A stretch of DNA of 64,000 nucleotides from Alphaproteobacteria bacterium (GTDB lineage: Bacteria > Pseudomonadota > Alphaproteobacteria > MPNO01): assembly GCA_964291675.2 (NCBI GenBank), contig OZ219866.1, positions 352,001 to 416,000 on the forward strand. Reading direction: 5' to 3'. Numbering within the stretch: position 1 is the stretch's first letter; each line of letters begins with the position of its first letter. Below the pieces are notes generated by a model. It was not told the origin of the DNA, did not search any database, and worked only from the letters and a program-made list of their open reading frames with translations. This document shows positions 9,241 to 18,693 of the stretch, one piece after another. The position numbers were made by a program, and so were the translations under genes.

Positions 9241-10924
9241 TAACCTCCCGCCCGGCCTCCTGCTGATCGTGGCCGCGCTGGCGATCCCCATCCTGCCGGA
9301 CGTGGCGCGCCGCGCCTGGACGGTCGCGGTGCCGGCGGCGGGGCTCTGGGCGCTGATCGTGATCGAGCCCGGCAGCTATCTCGCCTTCACCTGGTTCGGC
9401 GCCGAGTTCGTGCCGGTCCGCGTCGACAAGCTCAGCCTGGTCTTCGGCTACATCTTCCACATCGCCGCGATCGTCGCCGCGATCTACGCGCTGCACGTGC
9501 GCGATACCGTCCAGCACATGGCGGGGATGGTCTATGCCGGGAGCGGCATCGGCGCGGTCTTCGCCGGCGACCTGGTGACGCTCTTCGTCTATTGGGAGGC
9601 GATGGCGATCGCCTCGGTGTTCCTGGTCTGGGCGCGCGGCGGCGAGACCGCCTACCGCTCCGGCATGCGCTATCTGATCGTCCAGATCGCCTCGGGCGTG
9701 CTGCTGCTGTCGGGCGCCATCCTGCAGGCCGAGCAGACCGGCTCGATCGCCTTCGACCGCATGGCGCTCGGCAACCTCGCGACCTGGCTGATCTTTCTCG
9801 CCTTCGGCATCAAATGCGCCTTCCCGTTCCTGCACAACTGGCTGCAGGACGCCTACCCCGAGGCGACGGTGACGGGGACGGTGTTCCTGAGCGCCTTCAC
9901 CACCAAGGCGGCCGTCTACGCGCTCGCCCGCGGCTTCCCGGGCACCGAGATGCTGATCTTCGTCGGCGCGGCGATGACCGCCTTCCCGATCTTTTATGCG
10001 GTGATCGAGAACGACCTGCGCCGGGTGCTGGCCTACAGCCTCAACAACCAGCTCGGCTTCATGGTGGTGGGCGTCGGTATCGGCACGCCGATGGCGCTCA
10101 ACGGCGCGGCGGGACACGCCTTCGCCCACATCCTCTACAAGGCGCTGCTCTTCATGTCGATGGGGGCGGTGCTCTACCGCGTCGGCACGATCAAGGGGTC
10201 CGAGCTCGGCGGTCTCTACAAGTCGATGCCGCTCACCACCGTGTTCTGCATCGTCGGCGCCGCCTCGATCTCCGCCTTCCCGCTGTTCTCGGGCTTCATC
10301 GCCAAGGCGCTGACGCTGTCGGCGGTCGCCTATGAGGGTTACGTGGTCGTCTGGCTGATCCTGATGTTCGCCTCGGCGGGCGTGTTCCACCACTCGGGCA
10401 TCAAGATCCCCTATTTCGCCTTCTTCGCGCACGATTCCGGCAAGCGCTGCAAGGAGGCCCCGCTCAACATGCTGGTCGCGATGGGGATCGCGGCGTTCCT
10501 CTGCATCGCGCTCGGGGTGTGGTCGCCGGCGCTGTATTCGATCCTGCCCTACGACGTCGACTACGAGCCCTACACGCCGACCCACGTGATCGGCCAGCTG
10601 CAGCTCCTGATGTTCTCGGCGCTCGCCTTTGCGGTGCTGATCCGCTACCGCATCTACCCGCCGGAGCTCAAATCGACCAATCTCGATTTCGACTGGGTCT
10701 ACCGCAGGGGCGTCCCGGCGCTGATCGCCGCCGTCTGGCCCGCCCTCTGGGCGGCCTGGCGGGGCCTGCTGGGGGCGCTCCAGGGCGGGCTCAGGCTCGG
10801 CATCGACGCGGTGATGCGCCTGACCGGACCCGAGGGCACGCTGGCGCGCACCTGGCCGCTCGGCTCGACCACGCTCTGGGTCGCGGTGCTGCTCGGCGGC
10901 TTCCTGCTGATCTACTATCTGTAG
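9233..10924 (+). CDS. mrpD: Na+/H+ antiporter subunit D (copy 3); start codon supplied by the MITE
   Basis: IKCAFPFLHNWLQDAYPEAT; ENDLRRVLAYSLNNQLGFM; HAFAHILYKALLFM. Confidence 0.9.
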   Translation: MQANLPPGLLLIVAALAIPILPDVARRAWTVAVPAAGLWALIVIEPGSYLAFTWFGAEFVPVRVDKLSLVFGYIFHIAAIVAAIYALHVRDTVQHMAGMVYAGSGIGAVFAGDLVTLFVYWEAMAIASVFLVWARGGETAYRSGMRYLIVQIASGVLLLSGAILQAEQTGSIAFDRMALGNLATWLIFLAFGIKCAFPFLHNWLQDAYPEATVTGTVFLSAFTTKAAVYALARGFPGTEMLIFVGAAMTAFPIFYAVIENDLRRVLAYSLNNQLGFMVVGVGIGTPMALNGAAGHAFAHILYKALLFMSMGAVLYRVGTIKGSELGGLYKSMPLTTVFCIVGAASISAFPLFSGFIAKALTLSAVAYEGYVVVWLILMFASAGVFHHSGIKIPYFAFFAHDSGKRCKEAPLNMLVAMGIAAFLCIALGVWSPALYSILPYDVDYEPYTPTHVIGQLQLLMFSALAFAVLIRYRIYPPELKSTNLDFDWVYRRGVPALIAAVWPALWAAWRGLLGALQGGLRLGIDAVMRLTGPEGTLARTWPLGSTTLWVAVLLGGFLLIYYL

Positions 10925-10980
10925 GGGCCGAGTGCCGTCACGCTGAGACGCCCGCCGACACCGGTGCGGTGACGGAGGGC

Positions 10981-11022
10981 TGTAAGGCAGTGCTTGACAT
11001 TTGGACCGCGGACCTACACCCT
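10981..11022 (+). promoter_or_regulatory. Putative higBA promoter with overlapping imperfect palindromic operator
   Basis: TTGACA 10994-10999, 17-bp spacer, CACCCT 11017-11022; imperfect palindrome TGTAAGGCAGTGCTTGACA 10981-10999. Confidence 0.5.
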
Positions 11023-11028
11023 GCCGCA

Positions 11029-11310
11029 GTGATCGCAAGCATTCGCCACAAGGGGCTACGGGAATACTGGACCGGTGGACGAGCGAGGGGTCTCAACGCG
11101 GCGTGGATACGGAGGTTGAGGCGTATTTTGTCGGCGCTCGAAGCGGCCGAAAGGCCCGAAGAAATGAACTATCCGGGGTCGTACTTCCACCCTCTGAAAG
11201 GCGACAGGGCAGGTCGCTACGCCGTTCGGCTGACCGCCAACTATCGCGTGACCTTCGGCTGGGACGAGGACGGGGCGGTGGACGTGGACATTGAGGACTA
11301 TCACCGATGA
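11029..11310 (+). CDS. higB: HigB-family toxin (RelE superfamily)
   Basis: VIASIRHKGLREYW...FHPLKGDRAGRYAVRLTANYRVTFGW...VDIEDYH. Confidence 0.9.
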   Translation: MIASIRHKGLREYWTGGRARGLNAAWIRRLRRILSALEAAERPEEMNYPGSYFHPLKGDRAGRYAVRLTANYRVTFGWDEDGAVDVDIEDYHR

Positions 11311-11606
11311 TCGACAGGCACCCCTCCATAGTGCCGGCCCATCCCGGGGAAATCCTGCGCGAGGACATCCTGCCGGCGATTTCGATGAGCAAGACGGCGG
11401 CGGCGGAAGCGCTCGGGATATCCCGGCAGACGCTTTACGACATTCTCAACGAGAAGCAGCCGGTCAGTGCCGGGATGGCGGTTCGCCTCGGCAAGCTGTT
11501 CGGCAATGGCGCCCGCTTCTGGATCGATCTGCAACGCAACCACGACCTGGCGGTTGCCGAGCGGAGCGTGGACGTGTCGCGGATACCGACCCTCGCCCGC
11601 GTTTGA
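11307..11606 (+). CDS. higA: HigA-family antitoxin
   Basis: HPGEILREDIL...AAEALGISRQTL...MAVRLGKLFGNGARFWIDLQ; ATGA overlap with toxin. Confidence 0.92.
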   Translation: MIDRHPSIVPAHPGEILREDILPAISMSKTAAAEALGISRQTLYDILNEKQPVSAGMAVRLGKLFGNGARFWIDLQRNHDLAVAERSVDVSRIPTLARV

Positions 11607-11661
11607 CTCGCCCGGCCCGGCGGCTACTTCTCCTCGGAGCGAGGGGTCCGGTTATTTCACC

Positions 11662-12876
11662 ATGACGGCATTCTGGCGCACGCCGCTATTCGTGCTCTGC
11701 GGCACCGTGGCGATCCTGCTGATCGCCAACGGCTCGCGGCAGAATTTCGGCCTTTTCCTGGAGCCGATCAGCACCGACCTCAACTGGGGCCGGGCCGAGT
11801 TCTCGCTCGCCATCGCGATCCAGAACATCGTCATGGGGCTCGCCGCGCCGTTCGTCGCTGCGGTCGCCGACCGGTGGGGGCCGATCAAGGTGATGGCGGC
11901 CTCGGGGGCGTTCTACGCCTTCGGGGTCTACATGATCTCGATCTCGGGCACGCCGGAGACGATGACGGTGAGCGCGGGGCTGCTGGTCGGCATCGGCGCA
12001 TCGGGGATCGGCTTCACCCTGCCGCTCGCCCTGGTCGGCCGGGTCGCCCCGGAGCAGGCGAGGAGCCTCTGGCTCGGCATCGTCACCGCCGGCGGCTCGG
12101 TCGGGCAGTTCGTCTTCGCACCGGTCAGCCAGGGGTTGATCTCGGGGCTCGGCTGGTCGGACGCCATCGTGGTGCTCGCCATCGTCATCGCCTTCACCGT
12201 GCCGCTCACCCTGGCGCTCCGCGCCGGGGCGGAGAAAGCGCTCTCCCAGCCGGCGCCGCAGAGCCTCGGCGCGGCGCTCGGCGAGGCCGGCGGGCATCGC
12301 GGCTACTGGCTGCTGGTGACGGGCTTCTTCGTCTGCGGCTTCCAGGTGCAGTTCATCGGCACCCATCTGCCGGGCTTCATCACCGATTCCGGCCAGTCGG
12401 CCTGGATCGCGGCATGGGCGCTCGCCCTGATCGGCGGGTTCAACCTGGTGGGCACGCTGACCGCGGGCTGGCTGGGCGGGCTGTACCGCAAGAAATACCT
12501 CCTGAGCCTGCTCTATCTGCTGCGCGCCCTGCTCTTCTTCGTCTTCATCCAGATTCCGGTCAGCGAGACCTCGGTGCTGGTCTTCGCCGCCATCATGGGC
12601 CTGCTCTGGCTGTCCACCGTGCCGCTGACCAGCGGCATCGTCGCCCAGATCTTCGGCCCGCGCTACATGGCGACGCTGTTCTCCATCGTCTTCCTGTCGC
12701 ACCAGCTCGGCAGCTTCTGCGGGGTGTGGCTGGGCGGCGTGTTCTACGACCGGACCGGCAGCTACGACGCCGCCTGGTGGCTCGCCATCGCGCTCGGCGT
12801 CGCCGCGGCGCTGATCCACTGGCCGATCGACGACAAGCCGGTCGAGCGGACGGCGGCCGAGCCGGCCGCATTGTAG
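11662..12876 (+). CDS. MFS transporter
   Basis: About 12 hydrophobic segments; YWLLVTGFFVCGFQ; LWLSTVPLTSGIVAQIFG; SHQLGSF. Confidence 0.9.
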   Translation: MTAFWRTPLFVLCGTVAILLIANGSRQNFGLFLEPISTDLNWGRAEFSLAIAIQNIVMGLAAPFVAAVADRWGPIKVMAASGAFYAFGVYMISISGTPETMTVSAGLLVGIGASGIGFTLPLALVGRVAPEQARSLWLGIVTAGGSVGQFVFAPVSQGLISGLGWSDAIVVLAIVIAFTVPLTLALRAGAEKALSQPAPQSLGAALGEAGGHRGYWLLVTGFFVCGFQVQFIGTHLPGFITDSGQSAWIAAWALALIGGFNLVGTLTAGWLGGLYRKKYLLSLLYLLRALLFFVFIQIPVSETSVLVFAAIMGLLWLSTVPLTSGIVAQIFGPRYMATLFSIVFLSHQLGSFCGVWLGGVFYDRTGSYDAAWWLAIALGVAAALIHWPIDDKPVERTAAEPAAL

Positions 12877-12909
12877 CGCGGCGCCGAATTTCGCGCTAAA
12901 GTAGCCGGC

Positions 12910-13113
12910 ATGAGCGAAGCCGTCGACTTCGCCACCCTCGGCGTGGGGATCGCGATCCTCGCCTTCCTGTGGAACCTGCACCGGGACTTCACGACCCTCC
13001 AGCGGGAATTCTCCAGCCTGCGCGAACGGATCGCCGGGCTGGAGGGCGCGGTCGAGCTGTTGACCAGGTTCCTGATCGACCGCGAGCGGGAGCGCCCGGC
13101 AACCGGACGATAG
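12910..13113 (+). CDS. Small membrane-anchored coiled-coil hypothetical protein
   Basis: N-terminal TM followed by heptad LQREFSSLRERIAGLEGAVELL; TAAAGT ends 7 nt before ATG. Confidence 0.6.
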   Translation: MSEAVDFATLGVGIAILAFLWNLHRDFTTLQREFSSLRERIAGLEGAVELLTRFLIDRERERPATGR

Positions 13114-13210
13114 CGCGCCCCCGGCGGGTCGCCCGGCCGGGACCTCGCTTGCCGGTCCCCGGGCAACCGGCTAGGTTGCGGCACGGCCGCAACAGGCGCT
13201 GGAGGCAGCC

Positions 13211-13783
13211 ATGGAGATGACCGGCGAGCGGCGGATCCCGGCCTCGCGACAGACGGTGTGGGACGCGCTCAACGACCCCGAGATCCTGAAGCAGTGCATC
13301 GCGGGCTGCGAGGAGCTGGAGAAGACCTCCGACACCGCGTTCTCGGCCAGGGTGACCTCCAAGGTGGGCCCGGTCACCGCGAAGTTCACCGGCAAGGTTG
13401 AGCTCTCCGACGTGGATGCGCCCAACGGCTACACCATCTCGGGCGAGGGCCAGGGCGGGGTCGCCGGCTTCGCCAAGGGCGGCGCCAAGGTGAGCCTCGC
13501 CGATGACGGCGACGGCACGCTGCTGACCTACGAGGCGACCGGAACCGTCGGCGGCAAGCTCGCCCAGATCGGCTCCCGGCTGATCGACTCCACCGCGCGC
13601 AAGATGGCCGACGACTTCTTCGACAAGTTCGCCGAGGCGGTCGGCGGGGCGGTGGAAGAGCCCGCCGAGGAGCCGCCGGAAGCGCCCGCGCCGGCGGCGA
13701 AATCCGAGGGGCTGAGCCCCGCGGTGTGGATCGGCGGGCTGGTCGCGATCGCCGTTATCGTGCTCGTCATCGTGCTGAGCTGA
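13211..13783 (+). CDS. coxG: CoxG (SRPBCC) with C-terminal membrane anchor
   Basis: [18 protein letters not shown]...[13 protein letters not shown]; C-terminal TM. Confidence 0.92.
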   Translation: MEMTGERRIPASRQTVWDALNDPEILKQCIAGCEELEKTSDTAFSARVTSKVGPVTAKFTGKVELSDVDAPNGYTISGEGQGGVAGFAKGGAKVSLADDGDGTLLTYEATGTVGGKLAQIGSRLIDSTARKMADDFFDKFAEAVGGAVEEPAEEPPEAPAPAAKSEGLSPAVWIGGLVAIAVIVLVIVLS

Positions 13784-13797
13784 CGCCCCGCCGCGCC

Positions 13798-13826
13798 TTG
13801 ACCCGCCCGGGTTCGGGCGGGATACT
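13798..13826 (+). promoter_or_regulatory. Putative sigma70 promoter of coxSLM
   Basis: TTGACC-N17-GATACT, with an inverted repeat CCCGCCC/GGGCGGG across the spacer. Confidence 0.45.
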
Positions 13827-13937
13827 GCGGCGCGAAGAAATCGCGAGCGAAACCCTTCCCGCAACGGGTTCGTTCGGCTCGATTACCGCCTCGTTCAGCG
13901 CGCGGGGCGGCTCCGGTTGGCTCAAGGAGGGTCACAG

Positions 13938-14414
<477 letters not shown>

Positions 14415-14438
14415 CGACCTTGACCCGGGAGGCAAGAC

Positions 14439-16817
14439 ATGCCTGAGGGAGGAATCGGCGCTTCCGTCAAGCGCAAGGAAGACTTCCGCTTTCTGACCGG
14501 CCGCGGCAGCTACACCGACGACCAGGTGCGCGCCGGACAGCTCTACGCCCATATGCTGCGCTCGCCGCACGGCCACGCCGAGCTGGCGTCGGTCGACACG
14601 TCCGCGGCCGAGGCCGCGCCCGGCGTGGTCTGCGTGCTGACCGGCCCCGACGCGGATGCGGACGGGATCGGCGGCCTACCCTGCGGCTGGGGGATCACGT
14701 CGAAGGACGGCAGCCCCATGGTCGAGCCCAAATGGCCGGTCATAGGCCAGGGCAAGGTGCGCTATGTCGGCGAGGTCGTCGCCGCGGTGATCGCGGAGAG
14801 CGCCGAGCAGGCGGCGGATGCGGCCGAGCTCGTCGAAATCGACTACCGTCCGCTCGACGCGGCGGCGGTAACGGAGACCGCCCATCTGGACGGGGCGGCG
14901 CAGGTCCACGACGAGGCGCCCGACAATCTCTGCTTCGACTGGGATTTTCCCGGGCAGGAGGCGGCCGACGCCGTCGACGCCGCATTCGCCGCGGCGGCAC
15001 ACACCGCGAGGCTGGAGCTCGTCAACCAGCGCATCATCCCGCATTCGATGGAGCCGCGCGCGGCAGTCGCCGAGTACGACAAGGGCGAGGAGAAGCTCAC
15101 GCTCTACTGCACCGCCCAAGCGGCGCACGCGATGCGCCTGCTGCTCGGCGCCTTCGTGCTCAACCAGCCGGAGCACAAGTTCCGCGTCGTCGCGCCCGAT
15201 GTCGGCGGCGGGTTCGGCTCCAAGGTCGCGCCCTATGCCGAGTACGCGATCATCTGCTGGGCGTCGCGCAAGCTCGAACGGCCGGTGCGCTGGCTGGGCG
15301 AGCGGGCCGAGTGCTTCGTCACCGACGCGCACGGGCGCGATCACGTGACCGAGGTCGAGCTGGCGCTCGACGGCGACGGCAAGTTCACCGGTCTCAGGGT
15401 CAACACGATCGCCAATATGGGGGCGTATCTCTCCGCCTTCGCGCCGCTGATCCCGACCTTTCTCTACGCCACGCTGTTCGCCGGCCAGTACACCACGCCG
15501 GCGATCTGCTGCAACGTCAAGGCGGTGTTCACCAACACCTCGCCGGTCGATGCGCTGCGCGGCGCCGGCCGGCCCGAGGCCACCTATCTGCTGGAACGGG
15601 TGATCGACGAGGCGTCGCGGGTCACCGGCATCGACCCGGTGGAGATCCGCCGGCGCAACTTCATCGCAGACGACGCCTTCCCCTACCAGACGCCGGTCGC
15701 CCTGCTCTACGACTCGGGCGCCTACGAGCGCGCGCTCGACATCGCGCTCGAGAAATCCGACTGGAACGGGTTCGGGGCGCGCAAGAGTGCGTCGGAAGCC
15801 GACGGCAAGCTGCGCGGCATCGGCGTCGCCTCGCCGATCGAGGCGACCGGGGCGGCGCCGTCGGCGATCGCCGGACAGCTCGGCGCCCGCGCGGGGCTGT
15901 ACGAGTCGGCGCAGGTGCGGTTCAACGCCACCGGCACGGTGACCGTCTTCTCCGGCGGCCACAACCACGGCCAGGGGCACGAGACCACCTTCGCCCAGCT
16001 CGTCACCGACAAGCTCGGCGTGCCGCTGGAGAACGTCGAAGTCGTCGAGGGCGACACCGACCGGGCGGTGATGGGGATGGGAACCTATGGCTCGCGCTCG
16101 CTCTCGGTCGGCGGCAGCGCGATCGACCGGGCGATGGACAAGATCATCGACAAGGGCAAGAAGATCGCCTCCCATTTGCTCGAAGCCTCGGTCGACGACA
16201 TCGAGTTCGACAGCGGCACCTTCACGGTCTCGGGCACCGACCGGACGGTCGGCATCGGCGAGGTCGCCTTCGCGGCCTATGTGCCGCACAACTACCCGCT
16301 GGAGGAGCTGGAGCCCGGGCTCGACGAACAGGCGTTCTTCGATCCGGTCAACTTCAACTTCCCCTTCGCATCCTATGTCTGCGAGGTGGAGATCGACCCG
16401 GAGACCGGCTCGGTCTCGGTTGAGCGCTTCACCGCCGTCGACGACGTGGGCAACATCATCAACCCGATGATCGTCGAGGGGCAGGTGCATGGCGGGCTCG
16501 CCCACGGCATCGGCCAGGCGCTGATGGAGGGGGCGGTGTTCGACGAGGCGGGCCAGCCATTGACCGGCTCGCTGATGGACTACACCCTGCCCAGGGCCGA
16601 CACGGTGCCGAGCTTCGACCTCGACCACACCGTGACGCCGTGTCCGATGAACCCGCTCGGCGTCAAGGGCGTCGGCGAGATCGGCGCGATCGGCGCGCCG
16701 GCCGCGGTGGTCAACGCGATCGTCAACGCGCTTCTGCCGCTCGGTATCAACCACGTCGACATGCCGGTCACGTCGCAGAGCGTGTGGCAGGCCATTCGAT
16801 CGGCCAAGGCGTCCTAG
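14439..16817 (+). CDS. coxL: Mo-hydroxylase large subunit, form II CoxL-like
   Basis: DVGGGFGSK; [11 protein letters not shown]; [11 protein letters not shown]; GTYGSRS; EGQVHGG; KGVGE. Confidence 0.9.
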   Translation: MPEGGIGASVKRKEDFRFLTGRGSYTDDQVRAGQLYAHMLRSPHGHAELASVDTSAAEAAPGVVCVLTGPDADADGIGGLPCGWGITSKDGSPMVEPKWPVIGQGKVRYVGEVVAAVIAESAEQAADAAELVEIDYRPLDAAAVTETAHLDGAAQVHDEAPDNLCFDWDFPGQEAADAVDAAFAAAAHTARLELVNQRIIPHSMEPRAAVAEYDKGEEKLTLYCTAQAAHAMRLLLGAFVLNQPEHKFRVVAPDVGGGFGSKVAPYAEYAIICWASRKLERPVRWLGERAECFVTDAHGRDHVTEVELALDGDGKFTGLRVNTIANMGAYLSAFAPLIPTFLYATLFAGQYTTPAICCNVKAVFTNTSPVDALRGAGRPEATYLLERVIDEASRVTGIDPVEIRRRNFIADDAFPYQTPVALLYDSGAYERALDIALEKSDWNGFGARKSASEADGKLRGIGVASPIEATGAAPSAIAGQLGARAGLYESAQVRFNATGTVTVFSGGHNHGQGHETTFAQLVTDKLGVPLENVEVVEGDTDRAVMGMGTYGSRSLSVGGSAIDRAMDKIIDKGKKIASHLLEASVDDIEFDSGTFTVSGTDRTVGIGEVAFAAYVPHNYPLEELEPGLDEQAFFDPVNFNFPFASYVCEVEIDPETGSVSVERFTAVDDVGNIINPMIVEGQVHGGLAHGIGQALMEGAVFDEAGQPLTGSLMDYTLPRADTVPSFDLDHTVTPCPMNPLGVKGVGEIGAIGAPAAVVNAIVNALLPLGINHVDMPVTSQSVWQAIRSAKAS

Positions 16818-16829
16818 GAGGATTGGATC

Positions 16830-17627
16830 ATGTACGATTTCAACTACCGCAAGGCATCGTCGGTCGAGGACGCCGTGAGCGCGGTGACGGGCGCCGAGGA
16901 CGGCCGCTTCCTGGCGGGCGGGATGACCATCATCCCGACCATCAAGCAGCGCCTCGCCAAGCCCTCCGACCTGGTCGATCTCGCGGGGATCGGCGGCCTC
17001 GCCGGGATCTCGGTCTCGGGCGGCGCCGTCGAGATCGGCGGCATGGCGCGCCACGCCGAAGTCAACGCATCGGCCGCGGTGGCCGACGCCATCCCGGCGC
17101 TGGCCAGGCTCGCCGGCATGATCGGCGATCCCCAGGTGCGCAACCGGGGCACGATCGGCGGCTCGATCGCCAACAACGACCCGGCGGCGGACTATCCGGC
17201 GGCGGTGGTCGGGCTCGGCGCCACGGTGCACACAAACAGGCGCGCGATCGCTGGCGACGAATTCTTCACCGGCATGTTCGAGACCGCGCTGGAGGACGGC
17301 GAGCTGGTCACCAAAGTGAGCTTCCCGGTGCCCTCCAAGGCGGCCTATATGAAGTTCCCCAACCCGGCCTCGCGCTATGCCATCGTCGGCGTGTTCGTCG
17401 CCGCGACGGCGGGCGGGCCCAGGGTCGCGGTGACCGGCGCCGGACCCTGCGTGTTCCGCGTGGCGGAGATGGAGCGGGCGCTCGGCGGCAATTTCGCGCC
17501 CGAGGCGGTCGCCGACATCAAGATCGGCGACGGCGACCTCAACAGCGACATCCATGCGAGCGCCGAATACCGCGCCCATCTGGTCACGGTGATGGCCAAG
17601 CGCGCCGTCGCCCAGGCCAACGGCTGA
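16830..17627 (+). CDS. coxM: Mo-hydroxylase FAD subunit
   Basis: LAGGMT; IGDPQVRNRGTIGGSIANNDPAAD; YRAHL. Confidence 0.93.
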   Translation: MYDFNYRKASSVEDAVSAVTGAEDGRFLAGGMTIIPTIKQRLAKPSDLVDLAGIGGLAGISVSGGAVEIGGMARHAEVNASAAVADAIPALARLAGMIGDPQVRNRGTIGGSIANNDPAADYPAAVVGLGATVHTNRRAIAGDEFFTGMFETALEDGELVTKVSFPVPSKAAYMKFPNPASRYAIVGVFVAATAGGPRVAVTGAGPCVFRVAEMERALGGNFAPEAVADIKIGDGDLNSDIHASAEYRAHLVTVMAKRAVAQANG

Positions 17628-17667
17628 ACGCGGCCGCCGGGCGCGAACCGGCCCGCGAATCCTCGAA

Positions 17668-17699
17668 GGGGAGGTCGATGCCGGCCTCCCCGCATTTTT
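17668..17699 (+). terminator. Putative intrinsic terminator after coxM
   Basis: Stem GGGGAGGTCG/CGGCCTCCCC followed by GCATTTTT. Confidence 0.55.
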
Positions 17700-17769
17700 G
17701 CAACGTCGAATCGGAGAGTTGGCCGTGACGCCGTTCGGTTCAGCCCAGATGCGCGGCCCGGGCACGCCG

Positions 17770-18693
17770 ATGAAGCAGGCCCTGCCCGACAGCGTCGACG
17801 CGGCGATGGAGCTGCTCGCCGCCGGGCGCTATGTCGCCGACCGGTCGCTGGCGACGGCGCTGTTCCTCGCGCTCCGGCTGGAACGGCCGCTGTTTCTCGA
17901 AGGCGAGGCCGGGGTGGGCAAGACCGAGATCGGCAAGGTGCTGTCGGACGCGCTGGGGCGCCGGCTGATCCGCCTGCAATGCTACGAGGGCCTGGACGTT
18001 TCCTCGGCGGTCTATGAGTGGAACTACAGCCTCCAGATGATCGACATCCGCATCGCCGAGGCGACCGGCGAGACCGACCGCGAACGGATCGAGAAGGGCA
18101 TCTTCTCGGAGCGCTTCCTGATCAAGCGCCCCCTCCTGCAGGCGCTGGAGCCCGACGTCTCGGGCCTGCCGCCGGTGCTGCTGATCGACGAGCTCGACCG
18201 CACGGACGAGCCGTTCGAGGCCTTCCTGCTGGAGCTGCTGTCCGACTTCCAGGCGACCATCCCGGAGATCGGCACCGTCACGGCGCCCACGCCGCCGATC
18301 GTCGTCGTCACGTCGAACCGGACGCGCGAGATCCACGACGCGATCAAGCGGCGCTGCTTCTATTTCTGGGTCGACTACCCGGACGCCGCGCGCGAGCTCG
18401 AGATCCTCAAGGTCAAGGTGCCGGGCGCGGCGGAGGAGCTGTCGCGCCAGATCGTCGCCTTCGTCCAGGAGCTGCGCAACCGCGACCTGTTCAAGCTGCC
18501 GGGCGTCGCCGAGACCATCGACTGGACCAACGCGCTGATCCAGCTCGACAAGATCGATCTCGACCCCGACACCGTCAATTCGACGCTCGGCGTGCTGCTC
18601 AAATACCAGGACGACATCGAGAAGATGCGCGGCAGCGAAGCCGCCAGGATCCTCGACGAGGTCAAGAGCCAGCTCGCGCAAATCCAGCCATGA
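17770..18693 (+). CDS. coxD: MoxR AAA+ ATPase
   Basis: LEGEAGVGKTE; RLQCYEGLD; LLIDELDR; TSNRTREIHDAIKRRC. Confidence 0.92.
   Translation: MKQALPDSVDAAMELLAAGRYVADRSLATALFLALRLERPLFLEGEAGVGKTEIGKVLSDALGRRLIRLQCYEGLDVSSAVYEWNYSLQMIDIRIAEATGETDRERIEKGIFSERFLIKRPLLQALEPDVSGLPPVLLIDELDRTDEPFEAFLLELLSDFQATIPEIGTVTAPTPPIVVVTSNRTREIHDAIKRRCFYFWVDYPDAARELEILKVKVPGAAEELSRQIVAFVQELRNRDLFKLPGVAETIDWTNALIQLDKIDLDPDTVNSTLGVLLKYQDDIEKMRGSEAARILDEVKSQLAQIQP

Noticed and set aside
9046-9243. 65-aa ORF as an independent mrp gene
   Set aside because: It is the displaced ancestral mrpD3 start reading through the MITE.
14439-16817. Bona fide form I aerobic CO dehydrogenase
   Set aside because: No AYxCSFR motif, and gene order is SLM rather than MSL.
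14676-17765. Very long alternative ORFs (1029 aa here; also 27127-30888, 41323-44829, 52063-54396, 60064-62172)
   Set aside because: Antisense or off-frame shadows of recognisable genes; stops are scarce in high-GC DNA and no family motifs are present.
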